Below are positions 1 through 8,956 of a DNA stretch of 64,000 nt, one piece after another. How positions within the stretch are numbered: the stretch's first letter is position 1; the number at the start of each line of letters is the position of its first letter. Under the pieces are notes generated by a model that saw only the letters and a program-made list of their open reading frames with translations, was not told the DNA's origin and searched no databases. The translations under genes and the position numbers were made by a program. The DNA is from an uncultured delta proteobacterium (GTDB lineage: Bacteria > Desulfobacterota > Binatia > UBA9968), in the NCBI GenBank assembly GCA_963840855.1, contig CAWJBB010000046.1:113677-177676 (forward strand). The letters are read 5' to 3'.

Positions 1-507
1 ACCCTAGTAAAAATGTCAGGGGCTCTTATACGTCATAGAACCGTCAATAAGAAAGAGAGCACGGAATCAGACAAGCTGATTCCTGATTCTCTTTCCACCA
101 AATCGAAGAGAAAACTTACCCGGCCGGCGCCTGACGATCGGGTTAAACCGTTCTTGACTTGGTTCGCCGAAGAGTACGAGAGGCGCATCGGCGGACCGTA
201 CGCCCCCAAGTGGGGTAAGGATGGCAAGCTCATCAAAGAGCTTCCTCCGGCTTTCGACCTGCCGAGGCTTAAAGACCTGGCCGTTCGCTTCTTTGAGTCT
301 CCAGATCCATGGGTCCGGCAAAACGGCGGGTTCACCGTTGGCGTTTTCATTAGTCAGATAAACAAGATCAGTTCCACCGGACCCGGCAGCAACGGCCACA
401 CCAAGCCCACCGAAGTGAAAGACTTGGACAACGGCATGGTTGAGGTCGATGGGCGGTCTATGGATCGGCGGACATACGAAAGGCGATATGGAAGCACAAT
501 CAACTGA
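1..507 (+). CDS. Replication initiator protein, C-terminal part (5' end outside window)
   Basis: MSGALIRHRTVNK matches MSGALNHHRTVNK in the middle of initiator 10282-11061; precedes the DnaB-like gene as in element 2. Confidence 0.7.
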   Translation, partial: TLVKMSGALIRHRTVNKKESTESDKLIPDSLSTKSKRKLTRPAPDDRVKPFLTWFAEEYERRIGGPYAPKWGKDGKLIKELPPAFDLPRLKDLAVRFFESPDPWVRQNGGFTVGVFISQINKISSTGPGSNGHTKPTEVKDLDNGMVEVDGRSMDRRTYERRYGSTIN

Positions 508-1330
508 ATCGGCCAAGTTTGTTACCCAGGACGAAGCCCGTACCCGGTGGCTCAAATCTTTAGAGGCGCGCGACCATCGCCGCTATTTCAAATCAGGGTT
601 CAAGGCACACGAGCAATCTGTAGGTGCATTCCTGCGCGGCTCATTCAATCTTTTTGCTGCGCGTCCAGGCGTCGGGAAAACTGCTTTCTTGTTCGCCCTC
701 GCCTATCGCCAGGTGTTGGCCGGCGTAAGGGCTTATTTCTGCAATCTCGAAATGGGCGCCGAGCAAATGTGGAACCGGCTGGCATGTCTCCATGATGAGT
801 CTCTAACGCTGCGCGAATTGAACGAAGGCGAAATAACCGACAACCGCGTCCAATACTTGACGGCGCTATCCGAAAAGCTGGCGGGGTTCTCGCCGTTGTT
901 TTTCGAGAGCACCGAACTTAGGGCGCTGATTGCGGCGACCCAAGCGGAAATCAAGCCGTCGTCCGACTCGATCCTCTTTGTTGATTATATCGGCCTATTC
1001 ACTGACAAGCGTTTAGGCCCGCAAGAGCGTTATTGGCTAATATCCGAATGCGCGAAGGCTCTAAAACTTCTCGCCCGTCAATTGGACATTCCCATCATCG
1101 CGGCTGTGCAACTCAACCGGCAGCTAGAAAACCGCAAAGATAAGACACCGACGCTGGCAGACTTAAGAGATTCGGGCGAACTCGAAAACCACGCTGATTC
1201 AGTATTCGCATTGACCCGCGAGGATCGCGGCGTGTTGGAAATTGATTGCTTAAAAAATCGTCACGGTCCGCTTGCATCGTATTCCCTCCGATTCGACGGC
1301 CCGCGGGTGGCGCTGGAGGAATTTGATTGA
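488..1330 (+). CDS. DnaB-like replicative helicase (RecA-like C-terminal domain only)
   Basis: AARPGVGKT Walker A, NLEM, FVDYIGL, QLNR, DLRDSGELENHAD, KNRHG motifs. Confidence 0.9.
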   Translation: MEAQSTESAKFVTQDEARTRWLKSLEARDHRRYFKSGFKAHEQSVGAFLRGSFNLFAARPGVGKTAFLFALAYRQVLAGVRAYFCNLEMGAEQMWNRLACLHDESLTLRELNEGEITDNRVQYLTALSEKLAGFSPLFFESTELRALIAATQAEIKPSSDSILFVDYIGLFTDKRLGPQERYWLISECAKALKLLARQLDIPIIAAVQLNRQLENRKDKTPTLADLRDSGELENHADSVFALTREDRGVLEIDCLKNRHGPLASYSLRFDGPRVALEEFD

Positions 1331-2079
1331 TGCAATTCACCGCGCCTTACGCCCTAATCGGCGACAGTGCAAACCTTGCGTTGCATCTTCACCCGGATCA
1401 TCTGGCAGACTTGCGAGCGTCAGGCCTGCGCGATGAGACAATCCGCGCCGCCGGCGTCTATTCGCTCGCGCCACGATTCATTGAGCACTTTTTCGGGAGT
1501 GTACCAGCCGAGGTTCAAACCGCGCTTTGCTTTCCTTATCCGGGCGGCGACTTCGCTCGGATCAAGCTCTTTCCCGCGTTAGGTAAGATGAAATATTCCC
1601 AACCGCCCAAAACTGGCGCCCGGCTTTACCTCCCCTTCGAGGTGAAGGACGGCTCGTTGTACGTGTGTGAAGGCGAGAAAAAGACGTTGGCCGCACATCA
1701 GGCCAGCATGAACGCGGCCGGGATTGGTGGGCTTTGGAATTGGCTGACGAAAGGTGAGCCCATTGATGACCTAAAACTTATCGAGTGGGACGGCCGTGAC
1801 GTTATCATCATTCCAGATTCTGACGTGTTTCAACGCCAAGACTTACTTAGAGCGGTTTATGCCCTGGGCCGCGAGCTGAGAGGGCGCGGGGCGTCGGTCA
1901 GCGTCGCCGAGATCCCGCAACCGGGACAGGAGAAGATCGGACTTGATGACTACTTTGTGGCGGGCGGGCGCGTCGATGATCTGCAAACGTGCACTCTTGG
2001 CGGGCAAACCTTCCGGTCAGCGTCATTCTGGTATGGGCAATGGAAAATAAAAACGGCGACATTAGCGACAGCGGCGTGA
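1330..2079 (+). CDS. DUF3854-like TOPRIM primase domain protein
   Basis: KYSQP, VCEGEKK, GIGGLWNW, IIPDSD, GLDDY motifs. Confidence 0.8.
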   Translation: MQFTAPYALIGDSANLALHLHPDHLADLRASGLRDETIRAAGVYSLAPRFIEHFFGSVPAEVQTALCFPYPGGDFARIKLFPALGKMKYSQPPKTGARLYLPFEVKDGSLYVCEGEKKTLAAHQASMNAAGIGGLWNWLTKGEPIDDLKLIEWDGRDVIIIPDSDVFQRQDLLRAVYALGRELRGRGASVSVAEIPQPGQEKIGLDDYFVAGGRVDDLQTCTLGGQTFRSASFWYGQWKIKTATLATAA

Positions 2080-2123
2080 GGAGCAGGCGGCAACATAGGC
2101 GAGCGCAAGGAAGGGAAAAACCA

Positions 2124-2588
2124 ATGGAGGACGTGACTATGACTGACGCACAGGAGCTTTGGCTGATTGCCGAGAGGCGGAGAGCCTATGCTAAGAACGT
2201 GACGGCGCACGAGGTAGATTATAACGTTGACGATGATGGGCTTGCGCACATCGTGGAGGACTCGATCAGCGAGTTTATCAGGTGTTGGTATACGTTCTAC
2301 ATCGAAGGCCAGACTTGCCGCCGTGATGCCGCTGTACTCGATTGGGCACCAATACGAGCGATGACGGCGGCGCTTCTCATGAATCCAGAGCGTCTACGCC
2401 GGGTCATCGAAGAGTTTCAAAAGAGGCACAAGTACAGGGAGGACGAGCTGTTCGACCCGGTAGTGGCGTTGATCAGCGAGAAGCTACTGGACGCAGCAGG
2501 TGCGATAAACGATGGTAATGAATGGACGGTGCCGCAGGATGTCATGGAGAAGCTGCGAGAAAATGCGCACCCAACGGTGCGGCATTGA
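2124..2588 (+). CDS. Hypothetical protein
   Basis: Co-oriented ORF with purine-rich RBS; start could also be 2139. Confidence 0.55.
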   Translation: MEDVTMTDAQELWLIAERRRAYAKNVTAHEVDYNVDDDGLAHIVEDSISEFIRCWYTFYIEGQTCRRDAAVLDWAPIRAMTAALLMNPERLRRVIEEFQKRHKYREDELFDPVVALISEKLLDAAGAINDGNEWTVPQDVMEKLRENAHPTVRH

Positions 2589-2680
2589 AAGCGGCGAGGG
2601 ATGACTAGGCGGCGAATAGGCGGGCACTTTCTGAAGCCGATCCCGATTAAGCCTAACCAACGAAAAACCAACGAAAACCG

Positions 2681-2983
2681 ATGAAATTTCAGAGGGGCAA
2701 CAAACTAGCCGCAGGCGGCCGACGCGATCCGGCAGGCGGGCGGCCTACAAGGGCAGCTCTCGAAGCGCAGGAAGCTAGACTCGCCGTCTGGCAAAAGGAA
2801 TTGGAGAAAAACGAATTGATACTTGCGCGGCGCTACATCAAGCGAGCCATGAAATCAGACCGGGTTTTGATCGACGCTCGCAAGGCGACCGTACCGGATG
2901 CCAAGAAGGAGATCGAGCATTCCGGCGAGGTAGGCGTTCGGCCGTGGCTTGTCGATGCCTACGAGCCAAAGAAAAAGAAATGA
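2681..2983 (+). CDS. Terminase small subunit-like protein (DUF5681-like)
   Basis: FQRGNKLAAGG..GGRP N-terminus and KEIEHSG C-terminus are typical of TerS-like proteins; homolog at 7227. Confidence 0.6.
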   Translation: MKFQRGNKLAAGGRRDPAGGRPTRAALEAQEARLAVWQKELEKNELILARRYIKRAMKSDRVLIDARKATVPDAKKEIEHSGEVGVRPWLVDAYEPKKKK

Positions 2984-3176
2984 GGATGATTGCTCTTATT
3001 GGTCTGGGCCAGTTTTACGCGCCAAGCGCACAGATCGACTGCGACGCCGACCCGATAGCCCATGAGCGATAGATCGTCGTTTATGTACAGTGTGCACGCC
3101 GCAGAAATGCATCATTTGAAGGAATGCTTCGCAATCAAATCATCGACGCCATGAAGGGTGGGCATAAGCGACTTCT

Positions 3177-3530
3177 ATGATCGAGCAAACCCTAAACCCG
3201 TTTGACCCGTTCTTCGAGAAGATCCGGGAAATTGTCCGCGAGGAGTTAAAGGCGGCCGGGAACGGGAACGGACACGGGGGCAATATTACCGAGACAGACA
3301 AAAAGGAACTGCAACGCTTGAAGGCTTTGGCGGCTGGAAAGGCGGCAGTCCAGGCAGGCGCATTGCTTACCGCCGAGCAATTGGCCGCGATGTTACAGGT
3401 CGACAAAGCGACGGTGTACGAACGAGTGAAGAAAAAAGCTATCCCTTTCTATCAGGCCGGGCGCTTTGTGCGATTCAATCTCGATGAAGTTTTAGAGAGT
3501 CAACGAAATAAAAACGACAATCCTTCTTGA
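3177..3530 (+). CDS. Excisionase/AlpA-like HTH_17 protein
   Basis: LLTAEQLAAMLQVDKATVYERVKKKAIPFYQAGRFVRF. Confidence 0.8.
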   Translation: MIEQTLNPFDPFFEKIREIVREELKAAGNGNGHGGNITETDKKELQRLKALAAGKAAVQAGALLTAEQLAAMLQVDKATVYERVKKKAIPFYQAGRFVRFNLDEVLESQRNKNDNPS

Positions 3531-3556
3531 CGGACTGTAAGTATTATGCTTATAGT
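3527..3556 (+). promoter_or_regulatory. Putative sigma70 promoter for leaderless HTH-int transcript
   Basis: TTGACG-18bp-TATAGT, with GTG start at 3563. Confidence 0.5.
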
Positions 3557-3562
3557 GGGTTT

Positions 3563-3751
3563 GTGACTGGCAGGGACTTCAAGAAGATGCGGCTTGCGAA
3601 AGGCTACAGTCAATCACAGTTAGCGCGTGAACTGGACGTGCATGTGGTGACGGTTTCAAAGTGGGAGAGGGGAGTTGTACCGATCCCGCGCATGGCCGAG
3701 CTGGCGCTTTCGTCCTTAAAGCCCAGGTCAAAACCAAAGAAGGGGGTTTAG
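3563..3751 (+). CDS. Small XRE/Cro HTH regulator
   Basis: GYSQSQLARELDVHVVTVSKWERG. Confidence 0.85.
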   Translation: MTGRDFKKMRLAKGYSQSQLARELDVHVVTVSKWERGVVPIPRMAELALSSLKPRSKPKKGV

Positions 3752-3753
3752 CT

Positions 3754-4931
3754 ATGGCAGCAGTTTACAAAGTGGGCAAGAAGTGGCGCGCGGACTTTAC
3801 CGACAAGGAAGGCTTTCGCCACCGCCAGAGGTTCAAAACGAAGGGGGAGGCGGACGCCTATCTCACCGAGAAAAAGTCGGAGCTTAAAGACGGCACCTAT
3901 GTTTCACCCAAAGACATACCGACCTATGGTGCTCTAGCGGATTCGTGGATTGCGGGCAGGATCGAGCAGTCACGGACACCGGGGGCGGGCTATCGGCCGT
4001 CAACCCTGGCGCAGTGGCAAACCCATGTTGCGCACATGAAAGCGTGTTTTGGCGAAAACAAGAAAGTTAACGACATCGACGCGCAGGCAATTGAAAGGGC
4101 AATCGGCAAACTCCGGCTTGCGAAAGAGCAGGGCGGCCGCGGGCTATCGGTCAAGACCGTGGGCAAGGTGCTTACCACCATGAGCCGGATCTTCAAGTTT
4201 GGGATCCGCAATAAATGCGGTATCCAGACCGATCCGACAAAGCTTATCGAGAAGGTAAAGGACAGTTCTGGCGAGCAGACAGAAACGGGCGAGCGGCTGA
4301 ATGTCTTACATGAAGTCACGGAAAAGGAAGTGCTCACGCCCGAGGAAGCCAAGCGCGTGATCTTGGCGGCCAAGCCGGGGCTTTACAGGACTATCATTCA
4401 GACAGCGATCTACACCGGCGCAAGGATCAGCGAGCTCCTGGCGCTAAAATGGCCGGACGTGCACCTTGATGGCAGCGTTATCGACATTCGCCGAAGCGTA
4501 TCAACGGCAAAGGTGAAAGGGGAGATAACGCAAGAAAAGTACCGCTGGTTTGATCCCAAGACGAAGCGCGGGGTTAGAGAAATACCGATCCCCCCGCAGT
4601 TAGTCGCGGCGCTCAAGGAATGGAAAGAGAGGGGTCCGAAGAGCCGGCTTGATTTGGTATTCTGTAACGGGTTTGGCGAACCCTGCGAACGAACCGGAAT
4701 GGGGCGCTATGGGCTAAAGCCGGCGCTTAAGCAGGCGGGTATTGATAAGGCGGTTACGCCGCACGGACTGAGACACACCTATGCGTCAATGCTCATTCTG
4801 CTCAAGAGACCGATAACGGAAATCTCTCACTACCTGGGCCACGCGGATGTTTCAATCACGATGCGCATTTCTTGAAGCCGAAGAAACAGGACACGATGAG
4901 CGACTTGGAAAGGCTTATCGAGAATGGCTAG
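3754..4931 (+). pseudogene. Tyrosine integrase, frame broken at the C-terminal catalytic Tyr
   Basis: TGARISELLAL, HGLRHTYAS and LGHAD are present. ORF stops at 4875 (ITMRIS*), while AHFLKPKK..IENG* continues in another frame to 4931. Confidence 0.8.
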
Positions 4932-4941
4932 CCAAAAGTTC

Positions 4942-4971
4942 TTTGGCACAGTTAGGCACAGTTTGACACAG
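4942..4971 (+). repeat. Three 10-bp direct repeats TT(T/A)G(G/A)CACAG, putative arm-type sites of integrase 1
   Basis: TTTGGCACAG TTAGGCACAG TTTGACACAG between int end and tRNA. Confidence 0.6.
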
Positions 4972-5011
4972 AAGGGGAAAAATATAATTGTAAGTAGCTG
5001 ATATTGCTTAT

Positions 5012-5085
5012 GCCCCCGTAGCTCAGGTGGATAGAGCACAGGATTCCTAATCCTGGGGCCGCGTGTTCGAGTCACGCCGGGGGCA
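5012..5085 (+). tRNA. tRNA-Arg (anticodon CCT)
   Basis: Cloverleaf: GCCCCCG/CGGGGGC acceptor stem, GCTC/GAGC D-arm, CAGGA-TTCCTAA-TCCTG anticodon arm, GCGTG-TTCGAGT-CACGC T-arm; CCA not encoded. Confidence 0.95.
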
Positions 5086-5108
5086 TTTCTAAGTAATCAA
5101 ATCTCAAG

Positions 5109-5141
5109 GGGAAAGCTGGAAACAGCTTTCCCTTTTCTTTT
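5109..5141 (+). terminator. Rho-independent terminator after tRNA
   Basis: GGGAAAGCTG-GAAA-CAGCTTTCCC followed by TTTTCTTTT. Confidence 0.85.
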
Positions 5142-5156
5142 GTCCAAGCGTCCAAT

Positions 5157-5174
5157 GTCTCTAAAATGTCTCTA
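5157..5174 (+). repeat. GTCTCTA x2, putative arm-type sites of integrase 2 (left end)
   Basis: Same heptamer occurs x3 at the right end (16308-16335). Confidence 0.7.
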
Positions 5175-5323
5175 TGGCGGCGCCCGGGCGCCCTTAGGCG
5201 GCGGTTTTCGTCGTTTATGGTGCTCCGGTAGCTACGTGTGGCTAAAACTTTGAGCTTGTCTGAGATACTCGCCAAGGACAACGACACGCCGGCCAACCGC
5301 AATGGCGCCGCGGATGGTGGACA

Positions 5324-5563
5324 ATGACAAATATTGAATTCGCTCAAGCATGGACACGCAAGCTTGAAGCGTTGGGAATCGTCCTGAATAACGGCATCGT
5401 GCTGACCGGCCCGGCAAGGTTCGTCGAGCGCCCGCTTCATCCACACCCGAGCCGTGGAAGGAAGAAAATTCACGCTTCTGGCTACGCGAGACTCAAAGCA
5501 CACCGGTGGAGAAAGTCAGGCATCCGGATAAAGGTCACGGATGATAACGAAATAGGTTTGTAA
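5324..5563 (+). CDS. Hypothetical protein
   Basis: 79-aa ORF only. Confidence 0.35.
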   Translation: MTNIEFAQAWTRKLEALGIVLNNGIVLTGPARFVERPLHPHPSRGRKKIHASGYARLKAHRWRKSGIRIKVTDDNEIGL

Positions 5564-6027
5564 CTACCGAGATTGAAAGGAGAAAAAAGGGCCATTTTTC
5601 GCGTATGGCTATAACACCATTAACCGGGGATTTTCGTTATCATTGAGGGCTCAACTGGCCACCATAGCTTAGTAGGACACAAATGGGCTTCTCCCGGAAG
5701 CATCAAAATTGCGGCGATGAATATCAGACCGGTAAAGGTACCAGGCCATGAGCCTTTCGAAACGATCAGGGAAAAAATCCAGAATTGACGGCATTTAGGG
5801 AAAGATCGCCGAAGCGCCGTCCAGGTTTCATTTCGTTTATTTCCCTCTTGCCCTTCAAAGCTGTCAATCGAATGTCACCCATTGTCAAGACAAGCACGGC
5901 CGTTTAAAATGATTATTTCGGAACCATGACCCAAGCAGATGCAAAAGAGGCACTAGAGAGATTTAACCGGGTACAGGGGGCATGAGCAGGAAGAAAATAG
6001 GTCCGAAATGGAGGAGAAAGGAATCTA

Positions 6028-7089
6028 ATGAAGATATTCTTGGGTTTGGGTTTGGCGGCGGCGGTATTCCTAGCGAGCAGCGCCGGGGCAGCAGAGATTC
6101 CTCACAAGTTCAGGATTTTGGATATTAAGATACCGGGGCAGGCTTGGCCCCGCGCAGCCCTGGTAGATATTAACAAGTGGGGCAAAGTGCTTGCCCACAC
6201 GCCAATGTTAAACGGCGACACGGTGAGCATTTTGAGCGACGGCAAGACATCACACAAGCCTTTCGGCTGTAAGAAAGAAGCGGGCGAGACTCTAAGTTAT
6301 ACCTACGCAACAGCTTTGAATGATAAGAACTATTCGGTAGGTAATTGTTATCTCTGGAATCCTACAACGGAAAGCTATCGGACGATTGCATTTCTGGCGA
6401 CTCCGACAGGCCGGATAGTGGATCTGACGAGTCTCAATGTCGCGTACCAAGCTTTTAGCTTTTTACAACCACAAGGCATGAGTCCCGGCAGCCAATACAT
6501 TACGGGGAATTTTTATAACGGCGTGGACTCATTTCCACATTGCTTCTTGATCGACAGAGTTGCGGGATCTTTTACCGACATCGCTTTTCCATCTCCGATA
6601 CCGACGGCAGACGTGAATAGCAACTGCGTTGGCGTCAATAAATTCGGACAGGTTCTTGGGGAATATGTCGCTAATGACCTAGCGACAAACGAGAGCTTGG
6701 AACACGGCTTTTTCCTATGGGACAAAGGCGTTTTTTCAATTCCATTGCCCTTGAGCCACGATATTGATGGCGGGCCATACACTATCGCTTATGACATAGA
6801 AGGGGATACTGACGCCCTTCTAGGACTTTACAATGGCAACGACGGCACAGGGTATGCGGTTTTCTTCTTCGATGACGGGGTTAGCTACGGCATCGCCGAG
6901 CCCGCTAATTGGGCCGTAAATGATCTTGGCGGCATGAGCACTCGGGGAACATTCGTCGGCAATGTCACAATTTTCAAAGGGCTAGATAAATTTTGTATGG
7001 AAGTTGTTGGCGACCCGGATTATTGCGCCATTGAAGAAAGCCACGGGTTTGTCGCCACGCCGGCGCCTATCAAGGTCGCTTCAAAGTGA
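6028..7089 (+). CDS. Secreted HAF-like repeat (probable beta-propeller) protein
   Basis: Signal peptide; repeats such as ATALNDKNYSVG, GVNKFGQVLG, HGF; strong RBS. Confidence 0.7.
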   Translation: MKIFLGLGLAAAVFLASSAGAAEIPHKFRILDIKIPGQAWPRAALVDINKWGKVLAHTPMLNGDTVSILSDGKTSHKPFGCKKEAGETLSYTYATALNDKNYSVGNCYLWNPTTESYRTIAFLATPTGRIVDLTSLNVAYQAFSFLQPQGMSPGSQYITGNFYNGVDSFPHCFLIDRVAGSFTDIAFPSPIPTADVNSNCVGVNKFGQVLGEYVANDLATNESLEHGFFLWDKGVFSIPLPLSHDIDGGPYTIAYDIEGDTDALLGLYNGNDGTGYAVFFFDDGVSYGIAEPANWAVNDLGGMSTRGTFVGNVTIFKGLDKFCMEVVGDPDYCAIEESHGFVATPAPIKVASK

Positions 7090-7226
7090 AGCTGCGAGGC
7101 CAGTTCGAGACAATAGGTGAAAACGCAATCGAGTTTTTCAACAGGGTTTCAAGGAGTGGCTAATCGTGAGTAAAATCGTTCATATAAGGCGTAAAGCTTG
7201 GAACCCGCAAAACCAAAGGAGAACCT

Positions 7227-7604
7227 ATGGCAGACGGACCGGGCGGTAGATTCACGAAGGGTCATAAACTTGCCAAAGGCGGGCTAAGGGATCCGCCTGG
7301 AGGCAGGCCAACCAAGGCGGAAGTGGCGCGCCGAGAATCGCTCAAGGAGGTTCTAGAACGTCTACGCGAGGAAGAGGCGAACACGTTAGCGGCCAGATAC
7401 TACGAGATGGCCAAAGATGATCCGGCGACCATGCGGCACGCGGTTGACAAGGTTTTGCCCAACGCAAAGCAAGAGATAGGCGTTACCGGCGATGTCAACG
7501 TGGGCCTCAACCGCGAATCGATCATCGCCTTGATGGCGACCAAGGAAGGGCGCGAGGCTGCATTGGCTATCACTAAGGCGCTGGCGGGGCAATCTAAGCC
7601 GTAA
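7227..7604 (+). CDS. Terminase small subunit-like protein
   Basis: GRFTKGHKLAKGG..GGRPT and KQEIGVTG; homologous to 2681-2983. Confidence 0.6.
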   Translation: MADGPGGRFTKGHKLAKGGLRDPPGGRPTKAEVARRESLKEVLERLREEEANTLAARYYEMAKDDPATMRHAVDKVLPNAKQEIGVTGDVNVGLNRESIIALMATKEGREAALAITKALAGQSKP

Positions 7605-7712
7605 TGGAACCCGCCCAACGTTTACCATACCGGCAATTATTAAAGCGGCGGCGGCAGAACGGCGAATGCTTCGAGTGCTTTTGCGGCAGTGGGCGGAGCA
7701 AGTGAAAAAAGT

Positions 7713-7931
7713 CTACTCTCTTACTCGAAGGCAAGCAGTAGTAGAAGTGGTAGTAGCGCAAATCCATACGCGACCAGTCCAGTTGTCCATAACGTAAACC
7801 CCCGTATGACCCTCCGGGGTTATGACGGCGGCCGTCATTCGATAACGAAAATCCAACGCAATAAGAAAAAGCATAATAATCGCTAAAGCCAAGACGAGCG
7901 CCTTCAATCTATCCAAAAGTTTTTCCTCCAT
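7713..7931 (-). CDS. Small membrane protein
   Basis: One hydrophobic helix; RBS-like purine stretch. Confidence 0.5.
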   Translation of the reverse strand: MEEKLLDRLKALVLALAIIMLFLIALDFRYRMTAAVITPEGHTGVYVMDNWTGRVWICATTTSTTACLRVRE

Positions 7932-7995
7932 GCCATACTCTCTTCAAAACATCTATTATTTGGACGCCCATTTTGTCCATGCTCTAAGCGCCTCT

Positions 7996-8208
7996 TCAAT
8001 CGCCTTTGTGTCGCCGGTAGAGTGTTAGCCAGACGAGCCCGCAGATGATCCAGATTGCAAGCACAATGCTGACTTTCTCGACAATCCGGATCACAACGAT
8101 CCCAGCTCCATACATCCGAACTTCAAGACCATCGGGCCAACCGACCATCAGAGTGACGATCGAAAGCAATCCGCCTACCCACAAAATTATCAGCTGGCCC
8201 CGTTTCAT
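7996..8208 (-). CDS. Small membrane protein (2 TM)
   Basis: Two hydrophobic segments. Confidence 0.5.
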   Translation of the reverse strand: MKRGQLIILWVGGLLSIVTLMVGWPDGLEVRMYGAGIVVIRIVEKVSIVLAIWIICGLVWLTLYRRHKGD

Positions 8209-8319
8209 CTAGAAGGCCGAGATGATTTCCACTGTTCCGACGAACAAATGTTTCATTTTGTAATCTTGCCCACTGGGCTGCGTGCGCCTTAACCGATGGC
8301 ACGCGCGACGGACGGCAGA

Positions 8320-8736
8320 TCAAACGTCGTCATCGTGCCTCCATTCATCGTAGAGTCGGGCTCGCTCGTCTCTGGCCTTATCGATGCAGCGCAATACGAT
8401 AGCGGCGCAAAGCCAGTAAAGTACCGCCGCAAGTATACATCCGATGACCCCCGCTTCCTTACCGAATATTATGCCCACGAGGAAGCCGAGCATGAAAACT
8501 ACAAAAACCCCAACGACGATCTCTCCCGAGAAGTGTGCGTCCGGTTCGAAGCGATCATCCAGATTGTGATATTTCTCTCTGAGCTTGATCCGCTCTTGCG
8601 CGCTGAGGTATCCAAAACGAATAAGCCGGCGCCGATCAAACTCACCTCTAAGGTGTCGTTGTTCCAGATCCGCCTTTTCTTCTTGCGTTAGTTCAGACCA
8701 CGGTTTCATATGCCAGAATCTCCCAAGGGAGATCAT
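8320..8736 (-). CDS. Membrane protein (2 TM)
   Basis: GGAGG upstream; two hydrophobic segments. Confidence 0.55.
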   Translation of the reverse strand: MISLGRFWHMKPWSELTQEEKADLEQRHLRGEFDRRRLIRFGYLSAQERIKLREKYHNLDDRFEPDAHFSGEIVVGVFVVFMLGFLVGIIFGKEAGVIGCILAAVLYWLCAAIVLRCIDKARDERARLYDEWRHDDDV

Positions 8737-8860
8737 TCACGACTGTCTAACACCTCCATGAATAGCCGGGTCGCATTCTCGCGCAGGAAAGCAATCCCCG
8801 TCAAACGCATTTTTCGTTGCTTTTCCAGCCCAAATCCTTACATTGGGGAAGTGCATTCCT

Positions 8861-8954
8861 GGGGTCTAGGCTGATCACCGAAACGGCCCGGAGATTCTCA
8901 CACGCCGGGCCTGGCCTCTTTCTCTGCCAAAGGTGTGAGAGAAACAGTGTGAGA
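8861..8954 (+). ncRNA. Putative C4/CI-like antisense regulatory RNA and its target sites
   Basis: Hairpin GGCCCGG/CCGGGCC whose loop contains TCTCACAC, complementary to GTGTGAGA x2 (8933-8940, 8947-8954) at the RBS of ORF 8957. Confidence 0.55.
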
Positions 8955-8956
8955 GG

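Larger units (their letters stand above)
1..5011 (+). mobile_element. Integrative element 1 (phage-satellite/PICI-like), left end outside window
   Basis: Initiator C-term, DnaB-like, DUF3854-like, TerS-like, xis, HTH and tyrosine integrase, ending just before tRNA-Arg; homologous to element 2; no structural genes in the visible part. Confidence 0.8.

Noticed and set aside
4963-4988. Perfect TTGACA and TATAAT upstream of the tRNA
   Set aside because: Spacer is only 14 bp and TTGACA is part of the arm-type repeat
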